Source of the DNA: Acidobacteriota bacterium
Lineage (GTDB): Bacteria; Acidobacteriota; Blastocatellia; Pyrinomonadales; Pyrinomonadaceae
Assembly (NCBI GenBank): GCA_040007515.1
Contig: JBDTUT010000008.1
Coordinates: forward strand, 43,644 to 107,643
DNA: 64,000 nucleotides
Reading direction: 5' to 3'
Positions 49,407 through 57,788 of this stretch are shown here, in pieces (position 1 is the first letter of the stretch; the number at the start of each line of letters is the position of its first letter). The notes below the pieces were generated by a model. The model did no database searches and was not told the DNA's origin. It was given only the letters and a program-made list of their open reading frames with translations. The position numbers were made by a program, and so were the translations under genes.

Positions 49407-50213
49407 CTACCGGGTGAATCTATAGACGATTACGCCCGTGACTTTTACCGGCACTTTCGAGAGCAAGGTCGGTGTAAACTTTGCCGCCCACGCTGCCTTT
49501 TCCGCCCCAGCTCGAAGCATCAGATGGCCGCTCACGGCTTTTGACGAGATCACTTTTCCGGTTTCGTCGATCGTGACCTGCACCGTAACCTCGCCCTGTG
49601 CACCGACCATGATCGCTGGCTGCGGGTAAGGCGGCTTTGGCAAATATGTTGCGTTCCCGTTTACCACGCCGATCGATCGAGGGCGTTTCGGCGGGGCCGG
49701 CTTGATCGGAGGCGGCACGACTTTCACGGCCGCCGTCGCCGCGTCCTCAACTTCGGTATCGGGCGCCACGTTCGCGCTGCCCGTACCAATTTGATTTTCC
49801 GGACCTTCTGAGACCCCGGACGCGTCGATGTTGGTAAGACCGACGGTGTACGGTCCAACCGGACGCTCTTTCACCGCGTTCGGCGTGACGGCAACGCCAT
49901 TGGGCACTTTCGGGGACTCGTCCATTCTTGCGATGCTCTCTGTCACTTGCGGCAGGTTCGACGATCGTGAAGCGTTTGCTGGCGGTGTTTGCTGGCGGGG
50001 TTCGGGCGGCTGGGGCGCTTCGGGTGCGACAGGGGCGAGGATCTCGGAGACATCAAAATTGTCGGTGCCGAGTTCGAAATCCTGGGCGTATAGACTTACG
50101 ACAACGGCTGTCAGGAACAATATTCCGACGATCACGCTCGAGACCGTGAAGTAACGGCCGCGCGTTTTGAAATCGGCTTCAACCGAGTTCGATTCGATCA
50201 GTTTGTCAAACAT
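49407..50213 (-). CDS. tonB: energy transducer TonB
   Basis: N-terminal TM anchor (YFTVSSVIVGILFLTAVVVSLY). Pro-rich spacer PEAPQPPEPRQQTPP / PPPIKPAPPKRP. TonB_C domain (GEVTVQVTIDETGKVISSKAVSG). Start set at ATG 50213. Confidence 0.8.
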   Translation of the reverse strand: MFDKLIESNSVEADFKTRGRYFTVSSVIVGILFLTAVVVSLYAQDFELGTDNFDVSEILAPVAPEAPQPPEPRQQTPPANASRSSNLPQVTESIARMDESPKVPNGVAVTPNAVKERPVGPYTVGLTNIDASGVSEGPENQIGTGSANVAPDTEVEDAATAAVKVVPPPIKPAPPKRPRSIGVVNGNATYLPKPPYPQPAIMVGAQGEVTVQVTIDETGKVISSKAVSGHLMLRAGAEKAAWAAKFTPTLLSKVPVKVTGVIVYRFTR

Positions 50214-50568
50214 TTTGCGTTTCCTCCTTTTCAAAAAGCCGGTGCCAACCGTCGCTTTGTTAGACACCGCGTAAGGCGAAATGTTCCCGCACGATCTTCG
50301 GTGTACGTTTATTCGAGCGTCACTATGTTCGCCAGAAGTCGCGGTGTTTAGGATGCGAACGGATAGACGATATCGTGTACCCGTCCGAGCCGCGTATCGA
50401 CGGAAAAGCGGCAAAACCCAGCGAATCCGGCTTTGGCACACCGATTGATATATGTATCGGCGGGAACAGTAAGTGGTTGAGAATCAATCATTTACAAAAC
50501 TTTACAATTCACGGTATCTAATCGGAGAATTGGTAAAGAAACGAAACAGGGAAGGAAAGGAGTTTGTA

Positions 50569-51099
50569 ATGAAATCATTTAATCTTAAAAAAGTAGCCGC
50601 AGTTTCGGCTTTGAGTTTGGTTGCGTTGGTGGGTTCAAGCGTCGATGCAAATGCACAGGGCCGAGGAAACAATCAGAGAAAACAGGTGCAAAAGATCGAG
50701 AAGGCGCAGAACAAGATCGAGAAGCAGCAGGCAAAAATTGCTAGAAAGCAGATGCGCATCTACAGGAACGGCCGGTATTACAATACGGACCAACGCGGTG
50801 CTGATCTATTGAGACAGGCAGTGAACGCGGGATATCAGCAAGGCTTGCAAGCGGGCCGCAGCGACCACAACAGCCGCCGACGATCGAGCTGGACGAATTC
50901 CACCGTTTATCGGAACGGAACATACGGCTATCAGACATACGTCGACCGCAGCCAATACCAGTACTATTTCCAGCAGGGTTTCCAGCGTGGTTATCAGGAC
51001 GGATATAACAGCCGTTACCAGTACGGAACGAACAACGGCGGTACGGTGAATATATTGGGTTCGATACTGAGCTCGATCCTGAATATTCAGAGCTACTAG
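50569..51099 (+). CDS. secreted low-complexity Q/Y/N/R-rich protein
   Basis: AAGGAG RBS and signal peptide MKSFNLKKVAAVSALSLVALVGSSVDANA. Lys/Gln-rich helix, then repeated GYQxG / YQY motifs. Confidence 0.55.
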   Translation: MKSFNLKKVAAVSALSLVALVGSSVDANAQGRGNNQRKQVQKIEKAQNKIEKQQAKIARKQMRIYRNGRYYNTDQRGADLLRQAVNAGYQQGLQAGRSDHNSRRRSSWTNSTVYRNGTYGYQTYVDRSQYQYYFQQGFQRGYQDGYNSRYQYGTNNGGTVNILGSILSSILNIQSY

Positions 51100-51136
51100 T
51101 TCGACAGTTAGTTATTTAACGAGCAAGGGCGGGTAA

Positions 51137-51171
51137 GAGAAAAGCCTCGGATATTTTCCGAGGCTTTTCTC
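51137..51171. terminator. bidirectional terminator hairpin (15-bp stem)
   Basis: GAGAAAAGCCTCGGA-tattt-TCCGAGGCTTTTCTC between convergent genes. Confidence 0.7.
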
Positions 51172-51200
51172 GTATCAGCGTCCCGCGTGCGACGGCGCAA

Positions 51201-51902
51201 CTATTTCGAATAACGGTCCAACGCCTGCTGAAACGGTTTCGTCGCCGGCGGAATGAGTGCCGTCGCGGTTCTGTTGGTTCCGGTCAGCAAGTCTTTGGCG
51301 GATAAGTTATATAGAGCTTGATTAGCGTCGTTGTCGGGGCTGATCACCGCACCTGTAAGTGCGATTCCCGCGAACAGGCCTTTGCTCCGCGAATACGAAA
51401 GTATTGCTGCCTGAAGCTGTGCGTCAGTTGTCGCTCGGGCAGTTCTGCCGATCGGCCCGGCGGCAGCGGTCGCTTCTGCGCCGATCTCGAATTTGTCCTC
51501 GAGCAGATTTGTGAGTCCGTCATCGGTCATGAACAGCAGAATGATATCCGTCGACGAGCCCCCGATCTGGAACCCGATACTGCCGCCGCCCAGTTTGAAC
51601 AATGCCGGCGGGCCCCAAGATCCGCCTATTCGCTGGCTGATGACGCCTTTGCCGCCCTGGCCGCCGATGATGAACGCTCCCTTCAGAACATTCGGAAACA
51701 CGGCGACCGCCTTAGCTTTCTTCAGCAGATCAGCCGGAATCGATTTGTCGCGGATCGACATTATCTCGTCGAGCGACCTGGTCGCGTTTCGTGCGGTCTT
51801 GGCGGCGGCGCTGACCTCTTTGGCGTTGCTGTTCTGCGCCGCCGCAGTTATTACAAGTGCGAGCAAAATACTCAATGAAGCAATAAATCTATGTCTGTTC
51901 AA
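51201..51902 (-). CDS. SYLF (DUF500/Ysc84-like) lipid-binding domain protein, secreted
   Basis: Signal peptide. GGQGGKGV ... GGSIGFQIGG ... YSRSKGLFAGIALTGAVI are typical SYLF repeats. Confidence 0.75.
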   Translation of the reverse strand: MNRHRFIASLSILLALVITAAAQNSNAKEVSAAAKTARNATRSLDEIMSIRDKSIPADLLKKAKAVAVFPNVLKGAFIIGGQGGKGVISQRIGGSWGPPALFKLGGGSIGFQIGGSSTDIILLFMTDDGLTNLLEDKFEIGAEATAAAGPIGRTARATTDAQLQAAILSYSRSKGLFAGIALTGAVISPDNDANQALYNLSAKDLLTGTNRTATALIPPATKPFQQALDRYSK

Positions 51903-52053
51903 TTTGAAATACCTCCGGAATTGACCTTTATCTTACAGTAGATGCCCGAGTGATTCGAATTACTGCTTGGCCGTTCGGTTGAAGCAACCGCCACACTTTT
52001 GCAACACGAATCGCGAACGCCTGTGATACTCTGGCGCGTCAGAAAATATCCAT

Positions 52054-52290
52054 ATGCCTTTATACGATGTATACGTGAATTGTGATCAATGCGGCCAGCC
52101 GCATTCGGTGCATGTTCAATTAACGCTCGAAGACCAGAAACTTCATCGCGTGCCGCTGAAAGACGTATTTACCGGCGACGAACTCCCGCCCGCGGTCGTC
52201 TTCATGCAGTCAAACAACTACCGCTGTCCGCACACCAAGCATCTCTTTTCTGCCGGCAATATCGAGGACGCGATGCTGATCGCTGTTTGA
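52054..52290 (+). CDS. hypothetical small CxxC...CPHxxH protein
   Basis: 78-aa ORF. NCDQCGQPH and YRCPHTKH are possible zinc ligands. No family recognised. Confidence 0.4.
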   Translation: MPLYDVYVNCDQCGQPHSVHVQLTLEDQKLHRVPLKDVFTGDELPPAVVFMQSNNYRCPHTKHLFSAGNIEDAMLIAV

Positions 52291-52305
52291 TGGGGAACGC
52301 ATTTT

Positions 52306-52506
52306 ATGGTTTCGAGAGACGGCCAAACGGAAGAAAGTAAGATGAGGCTCAAGCGATTCGCGGAAATACTACAGGCGAAAGCCGACGGTGGGCCGGGCGC
52401 CGTCCTGCATGCCATGAACGAGGCCGGCCTGTTCGGGCTCGAACGCACCATCGCTCAACAGGCGGTCGAACGCGACAAGGTTCACACGCTGTTGACTCAA
52501 AAATAA
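52306..52506 (+). CDS. hypothetical small protein
   Basis: 66-aa ORF 15 nt downstream of the previous one, same strand. No family recognised. Confidence 0.3.
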   Translation: MVSRDGQTEESKMRLKRFAEILQAKADGGPGAVLHAMNEAGLFGLERTIAQQAVERDKVHTLLTQK

Positions 52507-52538
52507 GCCCCGCATCGGGCGGTGCAAATATCGCTCGC

Positions 52539-53531
52539 TCAATCCGAGTTCTTCACTGTAATGATCTCCGCTGCGATGCTCACGGCGATCTCCTCGGGTG
52601 TCCGGCTGTTGATGGAGAGTCCGATCGGAGTGTGGATGTGCGCGAGACTTTCGGCGGGGAAGCCTTCGTCCTTTAGAGCCTTCATCAGCGTCGCCATCTT
52701 CGCCTTGCTGCCCAGCACGCCGAAGTATTTAAATTCCTTTCCCAACAACTTTCTGATCACGGTCTCGTCCGACTTATATCCGAGAGTCATCACGACGACG
52801 TAGGCGTTCGTTGCGGACGGGATGAACGAGTCGATCGAATCGTAGCTGTCAACGATCCTGATCGTGTCAGCGAAGCGGTTTTTTTCGATAGTGTTCAACT
52901 CGGGCCGGTCGTCAAAAAGCGAGATGTGAAAATCCATCTTCGACATCAATTCGGAAAGCGATAACGCACAGTGGCCGCCACCGATGATGAACAGATCGTT
53001 TTTCGGACCGAGCTTTTCGCGATAAATAAAATCGATATCGGAAATTGTCCCGAAGGTAAGATCTTCGCCGGTCGTTTCGCTGCCCGATGGCGAAATGCCA
53101 AACGTCTCGGGCGTTATTGTAATTGTGTCGCGCCGAAGGGTGGTCAGGGAATCGACGGCGAGTTTGACCGAATCGAGATCGTGCGACGTTAAAACTTTAA
53201 AGATGACCGTTTGTTTGCCCGAGCAGATCATCCCGGAGGAATCGGGAACATTCTTTTTGTGAACCTGAAGTTTCAATCCGGCACTGAACGATTCGTCCTT
53301 GCAGACGTTCGAGCTTTTACGCAGGATTTCCCGGCTCTGCTCCACGAGATTAACTTCCATCACACCGCCGCCGATGCTGCCGATCAATTCACCGTCCTCG
53401 CCGACCGCCATTTTGTAGGTTGGCCGACCGGGACTCGAACCGGAACTTTCCGCGACGACGAGGAGCATCACGTTCTGCTCCTTCCCTAGCCGTTCGGCGA
53501 TGAACTGCCATAGCTCGATCTCTTTTTGCAT
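52539..53531 (-). CDS. xdhC: XdhC/CoxI-family xanthine dehydrogenase accessory protein
   Basis: N-terminal XdhC_CoxI region (LLVVAESSGSSPGRPTYKMAV). C-terminal Rossmann LFIIGGGHCALSL. Sits directly downstream of xdhB. Confidence 0.8.
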   Translation of the reverse strand: MQKEIELWQFIAERLGKEQNVMLLVVAESSGSSPGRPTYKMAVGEDGELIGSIGGGVMEVNLVEQSREILRKSSNVCKDESFSAGLKLQVHKKNVPDSSGMICSGKQTVIFKVLTSHDLDSVKLAVDSLTTLRRDTITITPETFGISPSGSETTGEDLTFGTISDIDFIYREKLGPKNDLFIIGGGHCALSLSELMSKMDFHISLFDDRPELNTIEKNRFADTIRIVDSYDSIDSFIPSATNAYVVVMTLGYKSDETVIRKLLGKEFKYFGVLGSKAKMATLMKALKDEGFPAESLAHIHTPIGLSINSRTPEEIAVSIAAEIITVKNSD

Positions 53532-53551
53532 TGCAACGGTACGACAGGCTG

Positions 53552-55828
53552 TTAGCCTGTCGCGGTCGGACTAACGGCCTGTTCGCTGTACAGATCCACC
53601 AACACTTTCTCCGGCGTGAACGGCGCGTCGAATTTTGGTGAGCAGTCAGTGAACGCCTTGACCGCGTTTCTGATCGCGAAGTACGCGCCGATGCCGTACA
53701 TTAGCGGCGGTTCGCCGACGGCTTTTGAGTTAAAGATGGCGAGATTTTTGCGATCCGTTTCGAGCGGGAGAATCGAAATATCTTTTGGGACCGAATAGAT
53801 GTCCGGCACCTTGTAGGTGGATAGTGCGTTCGAGCGCAGTTTGCCGTTTTCGTCGTAAACCAACTCTTCCATCGTCATCCAGCCGAGGCCTTGCACGATG
53901 CCACCTTCGATCTGGCCGTAGTCGACGGACGTGTTCATCGACGAGCCGAAATCGTGGCAGCATTTTACGTAATCGACCTCATAACGCCCACGAAGGCAAT
54001 CGACCGTGACGCCGACGATCGCTGTCCCGTAAACGTGATAAGCGAACGGATGTCCCTTCGCGGTGCCCCAATCGAAATTGATCCCGGGCGTCGTGTAATG
54101 AGCGTGTTCGCTCAAGCTTACACGCTGCATGTAAGCTTCGTTCACGAGACGTATCCAGTCAAAATCGGTCGGTTCGCCGTTGCGGTAAACAAATCCGTTG
54201 TTCAGAGTGACGGCTTCAGCCGTTTCCGCCTCGACAAAATCTTTCGCAATTTCCAGAAGCCTTTCGCGGATAGCCTCGCACGCCATCTGCGTCGCTTTAC
54301 CGTTGAGGTCGGCGGCGGCGGACGCGGCGGTCGGCGAGGTGTTAGCGATGCGCAGCGTGTTTGTCGAATGCACCTTCACGCGTTCCGCGGGAAGTGAAAA
54401 AACCTCTGCGGCGACCTGAGCGATCTTCGTATTCACGCCCTGGCCCATTTCGACGGCTCCGGTAGAGACGGCGACGCTGCCGTCGGTGTAAACGTGTACC
54501 AGCGAACGTGCCTGGTTCATCGGCGTTTTTGTAAACGAAATGCCGAAGCAGACCGGCATCATCGCGACGCCTTTTTTTGAATATTTAGAGCGAGCGTTAA
54601 AGTCGTCAACCTCGTTCTGCAATTGTGCGAAATCATATTTCGCGTCGGCCTGCGTCCAGGTCGTCACGGCGTCGCTTTCAGCTTTTTGTCCGTACGGGAA
54701 TTCTTCACCTTCGTTTATCAGATTATTCTGCTGGATGTCCGACGCTTTAACGCCGAGTTTTTCGGCGGCGTGTGCGATCGCCGATTCGATCACGAACATC
54801 CCTTGCGGCCCGCCGAATCCGCGAAATGCAGTGTTGGGCGGAAGGTTAGTGCGGCAGCTATATGCGGTCGCGGTGACGTTCGGAACGAAATAAGAATTGG
54901 TGCAGTGAAACAAAGTTCGTTCGAGCACCGCCGGCGAAAGGTCGCACGACGCACCCGCGTTTTGGTAGAACGTCGCTTCGTACGCGGCGATCTTCAGGTC
55001 TTTATCGAGGCCGATCTTGTAATCTGCCGAATACGGATGACGCTTGCCGGTCATCCTCATGTCTTCCATTCGATGAAGCGCGTATTTGACCGGGCGTTTT
55101 GTCAGCTGGCACGCCACCGCGCAAACGGAGGCCCACGCGTTCGCCTGATCTTCTTTGCCGCCAAAGCCGCCGCCGAGCCGCTGAACGTCCACCTCGATCT
55201 GGTGCATCGGCAAACCGGTCACCTTTGCGACCGCACGCTGAACGGCAGTCGGTCCCTGCGTCGAAGAATAAATTTTCACGCCGCCGTTCTCGGTCGGCAC
55301 CGCGTATGCGCCCTGCGTTTCGATGTAAAGATGTTCCTGGCCGTTAATGTCGGCACGGCCCTCGAAAACGTGCTCGCAATCGAGAAAAGCGCGCTCGGTG
55401 TTGCCCATTTTGAAATGCTTAGCAGGCACGATCAGATCGCCGTTCGCGGCCGCGACACGCGGTTCGGTGACGGGCGGCAGTTCCTCGATCTCGGAGGTGA
55501 TCTTTCTCGCCGCTTTCCGTGCAAGTTCCTCAGATTCGGCAACGACGATCGCGATCGGCATTCCCTGGAAATGCACTTCGCCGTCTGCAAGCAGCGGTTC
55601 ATCCGGCAGCACGCCGCCGATCTGATTTTCACCGATCAGATCGCCCGCAACGATTACCCGAACGACGCCTTGCGAACGCCGTGAGTCGTCCGTATCGACC
55701 GAGATCAGCTTTCCGTGAGCCACCGGCGAATCGTAAACGCACGCGTACAGAGTTCCTTGCACAACCGGAATATCGTCAAGATAAACCGACTCGCCGCGGA
55801 CGTGGGATTTTGAATCGAGATTTATCAT
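53552..55828 (-). CDS. xdhB: xanthine dehydrogenase molybdopterin-binding subunit
   Basis: N-terminal HVRGESVYLDD. a/b-hammerhead region. GGGFGGKE. AFRGFGGPQG. 758 aa. Confidence 0.9.
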   Translation of the reverse strand: MINLDSKSHVRGESVYLDDIPVVQGTLYACVYDSPVAHGKLISVDTDDSRRSQGVVRVIVAGDLIGENQIGGVLPDEPLLADGEVHFQGMPIAIVVAESEELARKAARKITSEIEELPPVTEPRVAAANGDLIVPAKHFKMGNTERAFLDCEHVFEGRADINGQEHLYIETQGAYAVPTENGGVKIYSSTQGPTAVQRAVAKVTGLPMHQIEVDVQRLGGGFGGKEDQANAWASVCAVACQLTKRPVKYALHRMEDMRMTGKRHPYSADYKIGLDKDLKIAAYEATFYQNAGASCDLSPAVLERTLFHCTNSYFVPNVTATAYSCRTNLPPNTAFRGFGGPQGMFVIESAIAHAAEKLGVKASDIQQNNLINEGEEFPYGQKAESDAVTTWTQADAKYDFAQLQNEVDDFNARSKYSKKGVAMMPVCFGISFTKTPMNQARSLVHVYTDGSVAVSTGAVEMGQGVNTKIAQVAAEVFSLPAERVKVHSTNTLRIANTSPTAASAAADLNGKATQMACEAIRERLLEIAKDFVEAETAEAVTLNNGFVYRNGEPTDFDWIRLVNEAYMQRVSLSEHAHYTTPGINFDWGTAKGHPFAYHVYGTAIVGVTVDCLRGRYEVDYVKCCHDFGSSMNTSVDYGQIEGGIVQGLGWMTMEELVYDENGKLRSNALSTYKVPDIYSVPKDISILPLETDRKNLAIFNSKAVGEPPLMYGIGAYFAIRNAVKAFTDCSPKFDAPFTPEKVLVDLYSEQAVSPTATG

Positions 55829-55862
55829 TCAGTGAATAGCCGATTTCGAAAAGGGCCGGTAA

Positions 55863-56273
55863 TTAGTGAACTCGAATAAATTCGACTATAGCCATGGGCG
55901 CGGAAACCTGCAATTTATATGCACCTAGTCGCTCCGAAGGTCTGGCCTTGCGGTCCGTGTTGATTTTGAAAACGAACGTCAACGAGATGAAATGATTACC
56001 AAGCAAAGGAGCGAATTCCCACTGGCGGGCGGCATTCACTGCCGCCTGTCTTAACAGAGGGTGACCGGACTCCGGATGCGCTGCGTCAACCTTTCCATCT
56101 TTGTTCACTTCGAGGGCTACAACTACCGAACCTTCGGCGCGCACCGCCTGAGCGGCGGGCGGAAACGCCGGTTCGACGAACTTCGTTACCGTAGGAAACG
56201 ACTGGGCATTAGTGTAAATAGAGCAGGCAATTATTGAAATAAACAGAAAAGATGCATTTCTAAATAGTTTCAT
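55863..56273 (-). CDS. secreted TonB C-terminal-domain protein (cassette 1)
   Basis: Signal peptide MKLFRNASFLFISIIACSIYTNA. TonB_C-like PAFPPAAQAVRAEGSVVVALEVNKDGKV...AAVNAARQWEFAP. ATG 56273 preferred over TTG 56288. Confidence 0.6.
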   Translation of the reverse strand: MKLFRNASFLFISIIACSIYTNAQSFPTVTKFVEPAFPPAAQAVRAEGSVVVALEVNKDGKVDAAHPESGHPLLRQAAVNAARQWEFAPLLGNHFISLTFVFKINTDRKARPSERLGAYKLQVSAPMAIVEFIRVH

Positions 56274-56331
56274 TTTTCTCGATACCAAATATTTCTATAA
56301 ACTGCACCGTGAACAGCAGGGATATCGCCGT

Positions 56332-56379
56332 TTAGACGGACTCACCGCGTACGTGGGATTTCGAATCCGGGCTTTTCAT
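56332..56379 (-). pseudogene. orphan copy of the xdhB 5' end
   Basis: Reads MKSPDSKSHVRGESV* against the real XdhB MINLDSKSHVRGESVYL. 31 of 40 nt identical between 56341-56380 and 55790-55829. Confidence 0.75.
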
Positions 56380-56473
56380 TTAGTCCCACTTGCTAAGCAA
56401 TCGGAAGTGAATAGTTATTTGCATATGAGGAGTTCGCGGATTTCGATGCCCTGGATGCCGGAGATGATATACC

Positions 56474-56926
56474 TTACTTGTCCTTAACTTCCATCTTTTC
56501 AATATCGGCCAGATCCTGCAATCGTCCCGCGGACACTTTATTCCGTATCAGATCCTGTTTGCCAATAAAGTTAACCGACACACCTCTAAACTCGGCAGCG
56601 TGGCGACTCTCCCAGGCCGATTCGAAGCCGACGCCGTCGATTGACATCATAATGTCGATCCGGCTGGGCGGCCGTCCCATTTGATAAAAACCTGATTCAG
56701 AAAAGTCTTTCTCGGTAAGCCCGTCGAGCGGAGCGCCAAATTGCCGCAGAGCAGTAACGACCTTTACGGCATTCTCTGCGGAGGCTTCGACCCAAACATC
56801 TAAGTCCTTTGTGTATCGCGGCTCGGAATATACCATTACGGCGAACCCGCCTACAACCAAATATCTAACTTCGTGTTCGTTGAAAATGTTCAACAGTTCG
56901 CTGAATTCTGGCGTCGCGAATTCCAT
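56474..56926 (-). CDS. small Pol-beta-superfamily nucleotidyltransferase (DUF6036/AbiEii-like) (cassette 2)
   Basis: YLVVGGFAVMVY...TKDLDVWV (GG..A / DxD NTase core). About 150 aa. A GTG alternative start lies at 56935. Confidence 0.65.
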   Translation of the reverse strand: MEFATPEFSELLNIFNEHEVRYLVVGGFAVMVYSEPRYTKDLDVWVEASAENAVKVVTALRQFGAPLDGLTEKDFSESGFYQMGRPPSRIDIMMSIDGVGFESAWESRHAAEFRGVSVNFIGKQDLIRNKVSAGRLQDLADIEKMEVKDK

Positions 56927-57095
56927 ATTCTTCACAGTAGAGTTGGATCAGTTCAAAGGCAGCATCGAAGATCGCCGACGATCCTTGTCGCTGCCAAAAC
57001 TCGATGTCAAAGGAGCGGTCCATGTCTTTGATGTCCCTGCCGTGGCGCATCATCGTAAAATCGCCGTTCTCGTCCTCTGTAACAACGGTTTTCAT
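56865..57095 (-). CDS. small partner protein of the nucleotidyltransferase (antitoxin-like, tentative)
   Basis: 76-aa ORF immediately upstream and overlapping the NTase start. DIEFWQRQGSSAIFDAAFELIQ...RIQRTVEHFQR resembles the small proteins usually paired with these NTases (recalled from memory). Confidence 0.45.
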   Translation of the reverse strand: MKTVVTEDENGDFTMMRHGRDIKDMDRSFDIEFWQRQGSSAIFDAAFELIQLYCEEYGIRDARIQRTVEHFQRTRS

Positions 57096-57103
57096 AGGCT
57101 TTA

Positions 57104-57220
57104 TTATACAGCGTTCGGCCCGAATAATTCGGCAAAATGAACACGGAAAACCTGCTTTAGAAGCAGCCGTTTGTGAGCCTCGGTGCCGCGGACGTGGGAT
57201 TTTGAATCGAGATTTTTCAC
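57104..57220 (-). pseudogene. chimeric fragment: xdhB 5' end fused in frame to a diverged xdhA 3' end
   Basis: Reads VKNLDSKSHVRGTEAHKRLLLKQVFRVHFAELFGPNAV*. 57185-57215 is 31/31 identical to 55793-55823. The tail parallels XdhA ...SDVRGTEAYKRLLLRQLFAAHFVEVFEVNVF*, with the same length to the stop. Confidence 0.8.
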
Positions 57221-57240
57221 AATCTAATTTTTACTAATAG

Positions 57241-57762
57241 TTGAAGGCGTTTAGCATTCTCGACATGTTAAGATTCAGCAAGATGGCCCAAGAACACTTC
57301 CGTGTAGTTTACGACATTTCGAATGAGGGATATTTAAGCCTCAGTTGGTTTGTAATCTTGTGGTTTATAGGTGCCATTGTTTTTTCGATAGTATTTTTCT
57401 TCCAACTACGTCAGAACAAGTTCCAGTTCGAAAGTATAAATGACAAACTCGCGGTCGTGGTCTTGCCTCTCTTTTTAGTTGTAGGTCTGTGGGCAGTCGG
57501 CAACACCCTTTCTATTCAATCAAGTTGTTTAGCCGCGCGGCATTCCGATAATTTTGCCGTGATAAGTGGACAAATTGAAGACTACGCCCGTGGTCCGAAG
57601 CGAGAGACGTTCACCGTCTCCGGCATTAGATTCAATTATATGGACTATGACGCCACAAGGTGTGGTTATAAGCCAGCCAAAGGCATCACGCTGTCGGAGG
57701 GAGTAATAGTCCGAATATCGTACCGCAACGATCAAACGTTCATTTTTGAAGTTGCGGAGTGA
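57241..57762 (+). CDS. hypothetical membrane protein (cassette 3)
   Basis: Two hydrophobic helices (LSWFVILWFIGAIVFSIVFFF; LAVVVLPLFLVVGLWAV). AT-rich codon usage by eye. TTG start at 57241, or the internal ATG (ML...). Confidence 0.5.
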   Translation: MKAFSILDMLRFSKMAQEHFRVVYDISNEGYLSLSWFVILWFIGAIVFSIVFFFQLRQNKFQFESINDKLAVVVLPLFLVVGLWAVGNTLSIQSSCLAARHSDNFAVISGQIEDYARGPKRETFTVSGIRFNYMDYDATRCGYKPAKGITLSEGVIVRISYRNDQTFIFEVAE

Positions 57763-57788
57763 AGTCCAACCATCTCCGTACGGACCCC

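Noticed and set aside
56345-56375. tRNA T-arm-like string GGGATTTCGAATCCGGG, raising the idea of a tRNA fragment or tRNA-type att site at the cassette junctions.
   Set aside because: No acceptor, D or anticodon arms can be drawn around it. The sequence is explained as a diverged copy of xdhB codons 5-11 (DSKSHVR).
55863-57762. Integron, IS or genomic island interpretation of the xdh cassettes.
   Set aside because: No integrase, transposase, attC-like imperfect palindromes or terminal inverted repeats bound the cassettes. The only bounding repeats are copies of the gene junction, so the observation is reported as a recombination hotspot instead.
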